Shown here: one piece after another, positions 52,382-64,000 of the stretch | Layout of the letters: each line of letters starts with the position of its first letter | Position numbering within the stretch: position 1 is the stretch's first letter | DNA from: Callorhinchus milii | Taxonomy: Eukaryota | Length of the DNA: 64,000 nucleotides | Direction: 5' to 3' | Assembly (NCBI RefSeq): GCF_018977255.1 | Contig: NW_024704742.1 | Span: 18,974,001 to 19,038,000, forward strand | Position numbers and translations under genes: made by a program | Notes under the pieces: generated by a model | The model's database searches: none | What the model saw: the letters and a program-made list of their open reading frames with translations, nothing else | Told to the model about the DNA's origin: nothing

Positions 52382-54139
52382 TTGTCATTTTCCAGTTACA
52401 TAGAAATCCACCAAATCCATTTTCAAAGCAAACCTATACAACATCAATAGCTGTGAAACATCATTCTTCCCCAAAGCAAAGACTTTGTCCTAAGAGTGCT
52501 TTTATTTTAAACAATAAAATATATTGGCCTTTGTCTATGTTATGTGAGTTTCATAACATAGGAGATTTGTTACTTTTGAAAGCTACTTTTGAAATTTCTT
52601 ATAGAAAACACTCTTCATCATGCTGGTCCTCATCAACAGTAATATCAGTGGCCCCTCCTTTGTGTCGAAGACAAACATGACTGCATTGCTTCAGGCTGGC
52701 GTTGATAGAATTATACGTTGGGCCAGCCTTCAGTGTGTTATTTGGTAACTGACGTGACGGTTTGAGCACTTTGTTCACACCTCTCCTATGGAAATGGTAC
52801 AAGTTGCCATCAGCTACAGGTTTGATAATCATACTTGAAGTAAACCCTGAGGTAAATAAATGGTGAACTGGCTCAAAAAACTGGTAGAAGAGAAAATTAT
52901 TGAGAAAGTTCATCCCTACGTATGACAATAGGCAGGCCATATCTATTCAAAGATGCACCATCACCCTCTTCTGGACTCTCGCAAAATCCTATGTCATGAT
53001 CGGACAAATTTTATCCAACATCTCAAAACCTGTATAAAAATAACAAGCAGGAATATTGGTAGCGCACAGGAAATAACAGAGATAAGTGAAATTGCAAATT
53101 TGCAAGTCTGTAAAAAGCAAGTCCCGATGTATCACATTCAGCCATCTGGAACTCCTCTCAAACACCGACCTCAGATCCAACTTCTGTAAAGGTAGTGTTC
53201 CAAAGGATCAACCAGATCAACTCCGACTTACACAGGATTTACTATTTACAAATCCTTGGTCACTGGAACCATTAAAGCAGCCGCCAGTGCTTCTGAACCT
53301 GCCACTGCATGGATCCTCATTGCGTGTTCGGGGAATGGCTCAAGAGATTGAATGTACTACAAGAAGTAATTTCCACAAGGTCAATTGCTATGTCTCAATA
53401 CCTCTGCTTCTATGTTCAAAATCAAATGTACACAAAACCAAAGGAGTGCAAGGGGGGAAACAATACAATAAAAATTGATATTAAAATAGCATCTTTCATG
53501 TCAGGAGGATGTATCAAGGCGGAATAGATGGTGGATCTCCAAACCTCAAACAACAGTTGATGCCACGGATGAATACACAGTGGTGCATTTGGTGGAATGG
53601 AGAATTTGAAGTCATTGGTGTGGAGGACATTGAAGAAGAGGGAAGTATCATTGGTAAGTTCTGTACTACTCAGTTGTATAATTTGTACTATAAGGAATGA
53701 GAATGTGTCTTTACAAATTCCTTGTGCACGAGTGAATTAAATACATATTTTAATGAGAAATCTCCAATCGTGTGAGGGCAAGGCAGTACCCAACTTCACA
53801 GGATTTACTGTTTACAAATCCTTGGTCACTGGATGGTGTGGCATCTTGGGAGGTTTTGAGAGGTCCATCTACCTTGGGAGTTACTAATGTCAAAGATGAA
53901 ACACAGGGCACTTAGCCACTGGTGAGAAAGATTAGCTGCTGGCAGGGGAGGTGAGGGTGTCATGAGGGGCTAACCTATACAAGCCAGAATACTAACCTCT
54001 CTTCCTCTAAAGTATTCCTTCCACGGTTTTCTTCGGGAATTTGCTCTTAACCATAAACAGGGACCTATATTGACATGCTACTTTGCTACATAAGATACAG
54101 ATTGTTTTCTATAGGTTCTATCCTTCAATAGGTTTCATC

Positions 54140-54616
54140 CAATGCCTTTGGGTCCTTTTTATATAAATGTACAGATAATTTGTCGAACTAAGGGGGATTG
54201 CTATGTTTATGATTCACGTCCTCCGACGTGAAAGGTGCTCTACAAATGTAATTCAGTTGTTGTTGTTGTTTCATAGATATGACCTGTCAACACTCGATAA
54301 TATCTGTCTGCCTGTACGAGGGAGCTAGAATTCCCAAAGCACCTGGATTGCTTCCTGAACATGTACTGCATGATGAAGCACCAATTTTACTCACCAGACA
54401 AGCTGATCAGAATGTGTGCTCATTCAACCTGCACACACTCACTTTCCAACCACTGCTAATTCTGATGCCCTGTCCAAAAATATGTTCTCTACAAACATGG
54501 CATGTTAAAAACCTAGTACAAAATGTGCACACTTGTCATTTATCGCGCCGTCATTTTTTCCCCCTTAGTTCGACAAATTATCTGTACATTTATATAAAAA
54601 GGATCCAAAGGCATTG
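54140..54616. mobile_element. MITE-like element with 58-bp terminal inverted repeats
   Basis: 54140-54197 versus 54559-54616 match at 57/58; internal L2 tail at ~54215-54270. Confidence 0.65.
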
Positions 54617-56049
54617 AATTGCCTGTGGAAATTATCTGCTTCAAAATGGTTATTCAATTGTGCAAATGACTTCAATTGCTTACTCACTAATTGTAAGTTT
54701 GGGAAGTAATAGAAAGATGTTACGGTATCACTTTGTGAAATCAGTGGATGATTTCAGGCATTTTGTCCCTGCTGTCTGGGAAACTGAAGCCCCTCTGTCT
54801 TGTCCCCTCCCTTCTGCCTTAAAACGTATCTTTTTGACCCCACTACCCCCACCCCTGTTCCCCAGATCAGGCTCCCAGTCAATTCTGTGAAACTTTTTAA
54901 GGCGTCCTCCCAATGTGAAAGGCACTTTATAAATGAAAGTTGAAAGCAGAGCAAATCAGAAAAATTGCAGCACCCAATGAGTGAGGATTGCCAAATTGTA
55001 ACTGAATTGTATTTACTGGGTTTCTATTTTAGTGGTAATTGTGTTTAATTAAAACTGATTCAGCAACCTGTGTCGATTCATTAATATTCACATTATTATT
55101 GATATTGAAATTACACCGGAAAATGACAATTACTTGCATGTATCTCTTTCAATCAGTTCATTGGAACGTTCCTTTCTCTCTTTTATCTAACATCTGCTTT
55201 AGCATTTTATGTACAAAATAATTTAAATGACCATGTGCTGCAATCATCTAAAACACTCGCAATTTGGTTTGTTTAATGCCTTGTTGGGATTATGGAGAGA
55301 CTGTCCCATCACCAGAGCACCAAGAGCAAAGACAGCTGGGCTTTTCAATCAAAATACTACATTGGAAATCAATAAACTGTGTACCTTATGCACATGGTTG
55401 TGATCTATGTAAATTTGCTCATTTTTTTCCCATTTGATTCCAATAACTTTGGTCCTTTTTTAAATTGTATTCCATAATCATGAGCCAATTTATAATGGTT
55501 GATGTTTATAATTGACAGATGGTCTTTCCTCAACATATTCCTTAATACATTTATGTGCTTTCTGCAACAACTTTACTACTACCAATAAGTCTGCTTGACT
55601 GAACATCTCCAGGAAGGACATAGAATAACACCAATGTCTTTACACGTGGCTGTTCTAAGTGATCATACTTTATTTAAAAAAACACACAAGAAATACAATA
55701 TAATACAAATTGACATTTATATAGCACCTTTCACTTCTGGAGGACATCCCAAAGTGTTTAACAGTACCTGCTGGGCACTGAGCTGTGGGTGGGAGCCGAG
55801 AGGGTGGGGAGGGGAAAGACAACCAAATGAGCGGTGAAAAATGTAGGTCTTGAATAAAGTTTGGGGTAATGTTTCAGTCATTTTGAAATGATCTCTGGCA
55901 TGATGAAGTTCAATGGATTAGAGGGATATGAGAGAGTGGATTAAGAGGGGTGAAAGCTGATATGAGGTGTAAACCCTGCCACAGACTGGTTGGGATGAAT
56001 GGCCTATTTCTGTACTGTACTGTCCAGCATTTATGTAATGTATAATGTC

Positions 56050-56463
56050 CACTAGGTGGCAACACACACTGGTTTCTCCTTTTGAGATCCAGCCCCCTCC
56101 TTTGATTTCATTTTGAGGTGAGTCCCCAGAGAGGGCTATAACTTCTCTCCCTAGTTAACAATAAATATTTTATCACTTGGCCTGTACACCTCAGACTTCA
56201 TCCAGCCAGTTATTAATTAATTTCGCTGGAAAGAGTGTGGATTTCATGCTCCCAATCACACACACACACACTCTAATCAAGTCTTCTTAGCAATATCAAC
56301 CCAAGAAAGCAAATAACAAAGACAAAAAATAATTTAGTAGTCAGTCCAGGGAACTACAATTTACGATAATGATCACCTTGCTTCAAAATGAAATCCAAGA
56401 TGGCAAGAACTGGTTTTGTAAAGGGAGAATTCCTTCACAGCAGAGATGTGTTGCCACCTAGTG
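56050..56463. mobile_element. Degenerate palindromic element with perfect 17-bp termini CACTAGGTGGCAACACA (CTCF-like)
   Basis: Perfect inverted repeat at 56050-56066 and 56447-56463; inner inverted repeat GATTTCATTTTGA; AATGT on both flanks. Confidence 0.6.
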
Positions 56464-56884
56464 AATGTTCATTTAATTCCAGGGTGATTTCAAAATCCTG
56501 CAATCATAAATCCAAATTTCTAAATATACTGTGAAAAAAGATATTTTTAGCTAAATATCAACTTGAATTCCTGTTTGTTTGAACAGATTCTGCTCCCGTA
56601 ATGTTGTACCAGCTCTGCGCTTATTGTTTAATGACATGTGGAATTTCTTGCCCATTGTTGTGTAGCCTATTTAGAATCAGGACTAAATCTAACCCAAAGT
56701 GATAGGATCAACAGCTCCTCTCTATCTAATGAATAAACTTACAGTGATTACTTTGTAATTGTTACATTTTCAGTGCATAAGTAGTCATGCATCAATAATA
56801 TTTTGGATCCTTTGGTCATCAGCATCTAGACTGGACCTGCTGCTGGTAAAATAAAATCTGAAAAAGCAACTCTCCAAGACAATC

Positions 56885-57249
56885 GTGGAGTCCTGTAGCT
56901 CAGTGGTTAGAGTACTTGATTCGCAAGTGACAGACGTGGGTTCTATTCCCGGCAGGGCAAAATGAAATGTTAGGCAAGATTCCTTACTCCACACACCTCT
57001 GTTTACCTAGCAGTAAATAGGAACCTGGTTGTTAGTCGAGTGGCAGATCGCTTTTCCAGGGATAATAATCCCTCAAAAAAATGTGGTCACTCAATACACA
57101 TCTGTGGGACACTGCCAAGCACAATTGGCTGCCAGGTTTCGCCCACAAATATACAGTCAATTCACTTTACAGTATATTCTGTGAAGCGCTTTGAGATGTC
57201 TAGAAAACGTGAAAAGCACTGTATCAAATGCAAAGATTATTATTATTAT
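56885..57249 (+). mobile_element. tRNA-headed SINE, full long form
   Basis: Complete head, internal CTCTGTTTACCTAGCAGTAAATAGGAACC segment, body and (ATT)n tail. Confidence 0.9.
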
Positions 57250-57539
57250 GGCAGTATTGTAATAGCATAAATAAATCCACTGAATGACTTAATGCTGTTT
57301 AATGCAGAATTCCATTCTGAGGTTTACAGAACAGTGAAGGACCAAAGATTGATCTTCAATCTTGTGATTCACCCAGTTAGCCTCTCACTTAGATTATTAC
57401 CTTATAATGAAAACAAGGTACCAATATGTCTCTATTAAAAATAGAAGAGACAACAAAGACAGCTTGAAAGGCAACAGAATTCTATCATAAAGGGGCATAG
57501 CTCAAGTGGAATGAACTGTAACAAGTGGCAATTTGTTTT

Positions 57540-58300
57540 TGGTCTGACAAATGGGGACACCCATCACCATGCTTGTTCAAACCAAGCTGAAATTTCCATG
57601 CATCCCACCTACACATGGAAATCCCAGAGAGAGATTGTTGGAATGGAATGCACACTCTCTCTCTGGAGCGACACATCCTGATTATCTAATTCCGGTATTA
57701 GGAGTAGGTTGGCAAGACCCAAGGCTTGGGGATTCCAGAGTGTGTGTTGGGGTACTGCTGGATCTAACCAGCTAAAACCGCATAGATTGCCATTGATATC
57801 ACTGTCTGGCAAGTTTTCCTGCTGCTTGTTCAGCTAGGAGCACCATCAAGGCTTTGGCTTGCAGGGTTAATCGGAACTGAGTGTAAGGATTCCCTGCCCT
57901 CAGAGACTAGTTTGCCCTTCCAGGTCCTGCCGATGAGCTAGGGTGGCTGTGCTGTTATCAGCGGTGCCTTGGTGCACTGCAAATCCGGGTGGCTCAGGAA
58001 CCGGTCTATTAAGCCCTCCACAGAGGGCTCGCTCGATTCCGACATTCCATTGCCAAGCCCCATCCTCCCCAAGGAGGATAGTCACTAGTTGGCCATTCAA
58101 CATCCAACAAGTGTGGGTTTGAGCCCTCACCATGTGGATAGTAGGTACCAGGAATTCCCTACGACCTTCCTAGTGGGCAACACAGCTCAACATGAAATGC
58201 TTGAGACCATTGCCACCATTTTCCTGTCCACAGCTCAGGCATACATCCCTTTCCATTGAGCGATGGGTCCGCCATTGCAGAGTTGGTGATGCAGAGTTTA
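57540..58300 (+). mobile_element. Unclassified interspersed repeat, longest copy
   Basis: Shares blocks with 4717-4890 (+) and with 11290-11400, 13850-14150, 29570-29710, 39290-39730 and 47310-47590 (-). Confidence 0.7.
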
Positions 58301-59889
58301 AGCAGCAGTTGTGTCAAATAAGGACACGATCCTAGGTAAACCTTGACAAACGATTCACGTCCCTTAATTGTTCAAATGATTTATATCTAGTATATATATG
58401 TATGCTGGATCTACACATTTCTTTTATCCTCATGGATCAAGTGTTCTGGATTTTTTCAAGTCTCATCCCTCCTCCCTCCTTTCTCATACACACACACACA
58501 CATATACTGGATTCCTGATGGTTAGTTAATGGAAGCCTGGGACATGTGATAGCTCTTAGATTCTTAAACTTCTGTGGCAGTTCCAATTCTCAACAGAGAC
58601 TCTTTAATGAAGAATGTAAGATAAAACAAGATAAATCATACCTGGTGGATAGGAGGGTGAGAGGTAGAAGTTGTCTGTTCCTTGAACATTCTGGGTAGAC
58701 TCCAGTTCTCATTAGTGTAGGATGGCACAACATGTGCATGTTGCAGGTACTGCGAAAGAGGAGTTGAAATGGGCAAGGTACAAATTCAGCAGCATAGGAG
58801 AAAGGCCAGGCGGGAGAGCTAAAGCATGCAGATCCACACCAGAAGCAGCAAACTGCAAGAGATTCGAGAAATTTCAGAGGAAAGGAAGCATTGACTTGGT
58901 GTGCAGTATCAACCCAACAAATTAAACCACATGAATCACTTGTAAGATGTATTACATATCAAGAAAGATTCTGAAACAGAATTAGTGTGTTTTTATTGAT
59001 TTAAGTTGGCGAGTCTGTGTAGCTTGCAATTGTGAAGTATATCTGCCTTACGTCAATGCACTGCTGGACCTATTTCTGCCTCATGCTACACTAATATCTT
59101 AGCATCTGGGTACGACTGCTGCAATTTGAATTTCTCCAGTGAAAATCACCCTGCATAAAACATCAGAGATCTAACATTCCTTGTGGTCTTCATCTTAGCC
59201 TTAAGAGACTTCTCTTAAAATTTACAATTTTGTAAAAATCTTAAATTCAGTCTTAATTTGAAATGTTCTAGATAACAGTTTCTAAGTTATGACATTTCCA
59301 AAATTCTGGACAATCTTATACATTAATACAGAACAATGGTCTTAAGGCTAAGGCCATGAGAAGTCTTGATCCTTTGGTGCACAAGCTTTGTCTCTGTTCT
59401 TAACTTTGCTGGCATAAATGATGTTGTGAATCGAACATAAAAATAATTTATATTTATCAAGTGTGTTTCACCTTGGGAAGATGTCTCAAAATGCTTTCAA
59501 TACCGTGGCAGGCTGATGATGCAATTTGCTCTGTAATCCTAATTGTGGACAGCACATAGATTTACCCTCAGAGGGTGTGCAGTGTGCCACTCTGAGGATG
59601 CAACAAAATATCACACCGAGTTTTCAAAAACATGGAAAAACTTTGGTAAAAGGTAAAATGCTGTATATAAAAAGTAAATCTTCAGCTAATGTAAAGTTTT
59701 AATGATGCACCCACACTAATGCATGTGCAATTGATGTCGATTAATATCTACTCTACTCTAATATCTGTGGGCAAGTCAGCCATGAGGAAGATTGCATGAA
59801 TTTTACCTTTGCACTCCCTCTCAAATTGGAAACAACTCAAGAGAAATTCAGATTAAGAAGCCCCTTTGGTTCATTTGATATCACCCCAC

Positions 59890-60040
59890 AATACCAACCC
59901 CATCATATTTCCATCACAGCATCCAGCTGTTTCTTAAATGACTCCAGCATCCTGATCTCTACCACTCTTCCTGGTAACCTATTCCAGCTGTTGATTACCC
60001 TCTGTGAAGAAATACTTTCTGATGTCTGATCAGTAAATTG
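59890..60040 (-). mobile_element. CR1 ORF2 C-terminal fragment
   Basis: SQRVINSWNRLPGRVVE...ESFKKQLD. Confidence 0.8.
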
Positions 60041-62019
60041 CCCTACACGATCACTCATATGGTACGCCCGACACACCTGCCATCCATGGGTAAGCTTTTG
60101 GCTATTCTGTCCCCACTCTAGGAACATGAATTGCGAATAGATGTTTTCAATTGGAACAGTTATGGTTTACTTCAAAACCATGAATTCATCTGTCTGCACT
60201 CCATGAACAAAATGCGGCTATGGATATTTAACTGTACAGTGCTATCTGTAGATGGGCTGAAACTTCAGGAACTATGGTTCAACCCATGCACCTCTTCTCA
60301 AGTACACAATAAAAACCATTCCATGATTTTAAAGGCTTACTGCTGAAGAAATATTCAAAATACAAAATTCATTCATTCCCTTCAGTTTTGAAACAAAAAT
60401 TCTGAGACCCTGAAAGTTTAAGGGGATGAGTTCAGAGCAGTAAAGTTGAACATTTATTGCCAGGTGGCAATATGCATTCTGAACTTAACTTATCAAAGGC
60501 ACTTGTCACAGAAAACACCTCATCTTCACAACATTGCCTGACCAAAATGAACCTCAAATGGTGCTGTCTGTGGATGTGCTGGCCACGTTACTTGATGTGA
60601 GTCCAAAGAATGCCAAATATACCAGTACACTGCTGTTCTGATTTTGACACCAAAATGTGCTGGGAAGGTGGAATCTCCCAAAATATACCTCAACATCTGC
60701 CGTCTGATCAAGATTATATATCTACTAATATCCACTTTCCCCAGGACACTGCTTTATTTTCACAGACTCTGCTAGCACCATCAACCCTGTGAGGTAGATG
60801 GCTAATGGAATAACTTTTTAATCCATCAATGTCATCCCCGACTCGAGCAAACACCTCAACTAATGAAAATCAGCATGTGCAGGTGCCTTCTTCTATTGAG
60901 CTGCTCAACATGGGCAGAGTATGGAGCAAGTGCCAGTTGAACAACAGGGGCAGAAGGAGTGCCTTCACCTTTCACTGTGGAAGATGTGAAGCACATCACA
61001 GCACTCTTACAGGCATGTAGAAGAATTGTCAAGCATACCAAGAAAAAGCAGCTATCAAGTGAGCCCCTGATTAATGTTGCTTCTTGCATCCATCTGGACA
61101 TTACTGCATAGGTCACCACTTCAACTGAACACAAAAAGAACATTTCCATATTTCTTCCTGACATTTGGAGTCTGAATTGGTCCTACATCTTATCATCTTG
61201 CACTGAACAATTGAAAGTCAGACAAGTTAAATCTGGATTTATAATCTCAAAAGTGTGTATATTCTCAACCTTTAGCTGCAAAAAACCATATATATATATT
61301 TCAAAACTGTCTTTTTGCCTAACTAACATGTTTTACTTTTATTATTATGCTTGTATATTAATTATTTTTTACCTTGGCTTTTAATTCTTGTCAGTAGAAA
61401 TGTGAGTTTAAAAATTTCTCAATCAAATGACACTGGCAGAATATTGTTAATTAACTTTCAGTTCTTTGTTTTGCATTCATTGCAATCTGTTAATGTCAGG
61501 TCCCATACAAAGAAAATCCTCCCCAATGCCCTTCATCTGGAAATGAAACTAATTATGTATGATAGCTTGAGACACAATAGCAAGTTAATGCAGAAGGTGA
61601 AACCTACTTATAACATAAGTTCCCTTATAGCTTATAGTCTTCAAAAGACAGCCATTATGAGATGTTAAAAGATGAGGTGGTGGAATGGGATATGATAGGT
61701 GCTCGGGCTCAATAGGTAACTTTTCTCACCCTCCCAATGTAAATGTACAACAATCCCAACGATTCCCACTGCACAACAGTTAGCGTTAAAAAAGGTAATA
61801 TACATTAACTCTATTTATGTTTCCTTATTGGACTTTCAATGCTGCTTCTAGATTTTCCACCTGACATCTGGATTTACTTGCTTTATCATGTTGCACATCT
61901 AATATAACTCACTGAAGCCCCCTTTGAGATCTCTCTTTTTGAAGCTAAGGTGCCCTGGTTCATCACTCCTCATACATTATCCCTATTGAAGATCTGGCTC
62001 ACTGTTCTCCTCTGCATTG

Positions 62020-62553
62020 TCCATAATCCCTTCTCAATTCCTCCACTCCACCATCGGTGTGCAGCTGTGCTTCAGCCACTATGCCCCGAAGCTATGGAAC
62101 TCCCTCACTCAATCCCTTTGCCTTGCCCCCTCTCTCCCCATTTTCAGGTTATGCTTGAAGACCTTCCTCTTCAACCGTGCTTATGGTCACCTCCCCCTCC
62201 CCCTGGCTCGGCATCAGACTCTGCCATTGTTAAGTGCTCTGGGATGCCGCCCAGTGTGGAGGGCGCTATATAAATGCAAGTTGTTGTTGTTGCTGTTGTC
62301 CTGTCCTGTACTTCCAAACAAGTCTACTTGATTACAACCGGAAGCTCGGATGCAAACTTTTAACTGTCCAGCGCCTTGGGACGCCCTTCAGACATGAAAG
62401 GCAAGACATAAATGCAATTTATTGTGGTTGTTGTACTACTGTCCTGTACTTCCAAACAGTCAATTCATGTTACAGTATATTCTGCGAAGCACTTTTTGCC
62501 GTCTTGACGATGTGATGATCAGGCGCTATATCAAATGCAAGAATTATTATTAT
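62020..62553 (+). mobile_element. Chain of an L2 3' fragment, a second L2 tail and a SINE tail
   Basis: APKLWNSL...LKTFLFNRAYG and three successive 3' tails. Confidence 0.8.
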
Positions 62554-62744
62554 TTTCATTATTACTAAACAAGTTACTGCTTTCTTTCAGAACAGATTCC
62601 ACTGAAGCTCAATGTGTTGGCATATTAAAACGTGTCAAGCTCACTTGGCTTGCCATCGTCGCCGAGCTATGTTTAGAGATCTCAATGTAAGATACGCTCA
62701 GCAGCCCTGTTCAAATTGTTTTTTAAAAGCTCGGATGTGTCTAT

Positions 62745-62940
62745 AATAATATAATGATCCTTGCATTTGATATACTGCTTTTTCACGTCTTCTAGATGTC
62801 TCAAAGCGCTTCACAGAATAGACTGTAAAGTGAATTGACCGTATATTTATGGGCGAAACGCGGCAGCCAATTGCGCACAACAGTTTCCTACAGACAGTTG
62901 TGGATTGAAAACAACCAATTTATTATTGTTTTATTTCTTT
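62745..62940 (-). mobile_element. tRNA SINE 3' half
   Basis: Body and tail only; no head. Confidence 0.8.
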
Positions 62941-63195
62941 CAATGGATGTGGAGTGGCACAACTCAGCCCCTCTCCCCCAACGCATTGCTGGCTGTGGTC
63001 TGTTCCACACTCGGGGAGGAAGGGGCCACAAAGGCTCTGATGAACCCCCTGATTGAGACGCCGTCCACACGCACTACCCCCACCCCCACCCCCCCCCCCC
63101 CACCCCATCCTCTTCCCAAACCTCGCTGCTCGACCTGCATTTAGGTCACTTGGGTCAGTGTTGCGTTTGGCATCTGCATATATGCAGAGGTGCTT

Positions 63196-63947
63196 TGACC
63201 ACCAGGGCAGGGCAGGGCAGGGCAGGGCAGGGCAGGGCAGGGCAGGGTGGCAGCCGAGCTGACCCACCAGGGCAGGGCAGGGCAGGGCAGGGTGGCAGCC
63301 GAGCTGACCCACCAGGGCAGGGTAGGGCAGGGCAGGGCAGGCAGGACAGGGCAGGGCAGGGTGGCATCCGAGCTGACCCACCAGGGCAGGGCAGGGCAGG
63401 GTGGCAGCCGAGCTGACCCACCAGGGCAGGGCAGCAGCCGAGCTGACCCCCCAGGGCAGGGCAGGGCAGGGTGGCAGCCGAGCTGACCCCCCAGGGCAGG
63501 GCAGGGCAGCAGCCGAGCTGACCCCCCAGGGCAGGGCAGGGCAGGGTGGCAGCCGAGCTGACCCACCAGGGCAGGGCAGCAGCCGAGCTGACCCCCCAGG
63601 GCAGGGCAGGGCAGGGTGGCAGCCGAGCTGACCCACCAGGGCAGGGCAGGGCAGGGTGGCAGCCGAGCTGACCCCCCAGGGCAGGGCAGGGCAGGGCAGG
63701 GCAGGGCAGGCAGGGCAGGGCAGGGCAAGGCAGGGCAAGGCAGGGCAGGGCAGGGCAGGGCAGGCAGGGCAGGGCAGGGCAGGGCAGGGCAGGGCAGGCA
63801 GGCAGGGCAGGGCAGGGCAGGCAGGGCAGGGCAGGGCAGGGCAGGCAGGGTAGGGCAGGGCAGGGCAGGGCAGGGCGGGCAGGGCAGGGCAGGGCAGGCA
63901 GGGCAGGGCAGGGCAGGCAGGGCAGGGCAGGGCAGGGCAGGGTGGCA
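63196..63947. repeat. G-rich compound minisatellite: (GGGCA)n with 11 copies of G(G/C)(T/A)-GGCAGCCGAGCTGACCC(A/C)CCA-type units
   Basis: Directly visible in the sequence. It explains the PALPC and QGRAG ORFs. Confidence 0.95.
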
Positions 63948-64000
63948 TTTCGCCCTGACACCATTACCGCGTTCATCTGTTGCCATCAGTATCCGCGATG

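Noticed and set aside
52599..52940. ITVDE as a piggyBac catalytic motif
   Set aside because: The expected following motifs (F.GR...Y.P.KP.KYG) are absent.
53086..53478. SNTDLRSNF resembling glrb exon 10 [10 protein letters not shown] (possible duplicated exon)
   Set aside because: Similarity is limited to about 6 residues with unrelated flanks and no supporting splice sites; likely chance.
63196..63690. CRISPR-like array (palindromic repeat with spacers)
   Set aside because: The spacers are only GGGCA runs rather than unique sequence, there are no cas genes, and the DNA is vertebrate.
62923..63986. Long Pro/Cys/Ala/Leu and Gly/Gln/Arg ORFs
   Set aside because: Artefacts of a stop-free pentamer repeat that is open in several frames.
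52400..64000. Exons of the usual downstream neighbour gria2
   Set aside because: No AMPA-receptor-like peptide or signal-peptide exon found in this interval.

Overview
Vertebrate (eukaryotic) genomic DNA, AT-rich and dense in repeats. The repeat content (L2 and CR1 LINE fragments, Deu-domain SINEs, an abundant tRNA-headed SINE, a Penelope-type palindrome) suggests a cartilaginous fish, possibly a holocephalan such as elephant shark; this is inference. The window holds one complete + strand gene, the glycine receptor beta subunit (glrb). It has a probable non-coding exon 1 ending at 3255 and nine coding exons (4312-4427, 15726-15832, 20586-20653, 24677-24906, 25041-25123, 25907-26047, 28023-28175, 29900-30225, 51392-51688). 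These join into a 1521-nt CDS (506 aa), all with GT-AG introns. Nearly all other ORF-track entries are retroelement remnants, tandem repeats or noise. Strongest leads: (1) a frame-preserving 18/9-nt microexon candidate in the 21-kb last intron, with a downstream TGCATG cluster, which would insert just ahead of the gephyrin-binding motif; (2) an Asn-to-Ala change in the conserved FINSFG motif; (3) several fold-back elements, including a nested 192-bp inverted duplication, a palindromic element whose ends are CTCF-like motifs, and a Penelope-like palindrome with a minimal hammerhead core. Repeat boundaries are approximate. Comparisons with human GLRB and with repeat consensuses are from memory, not from a database search.
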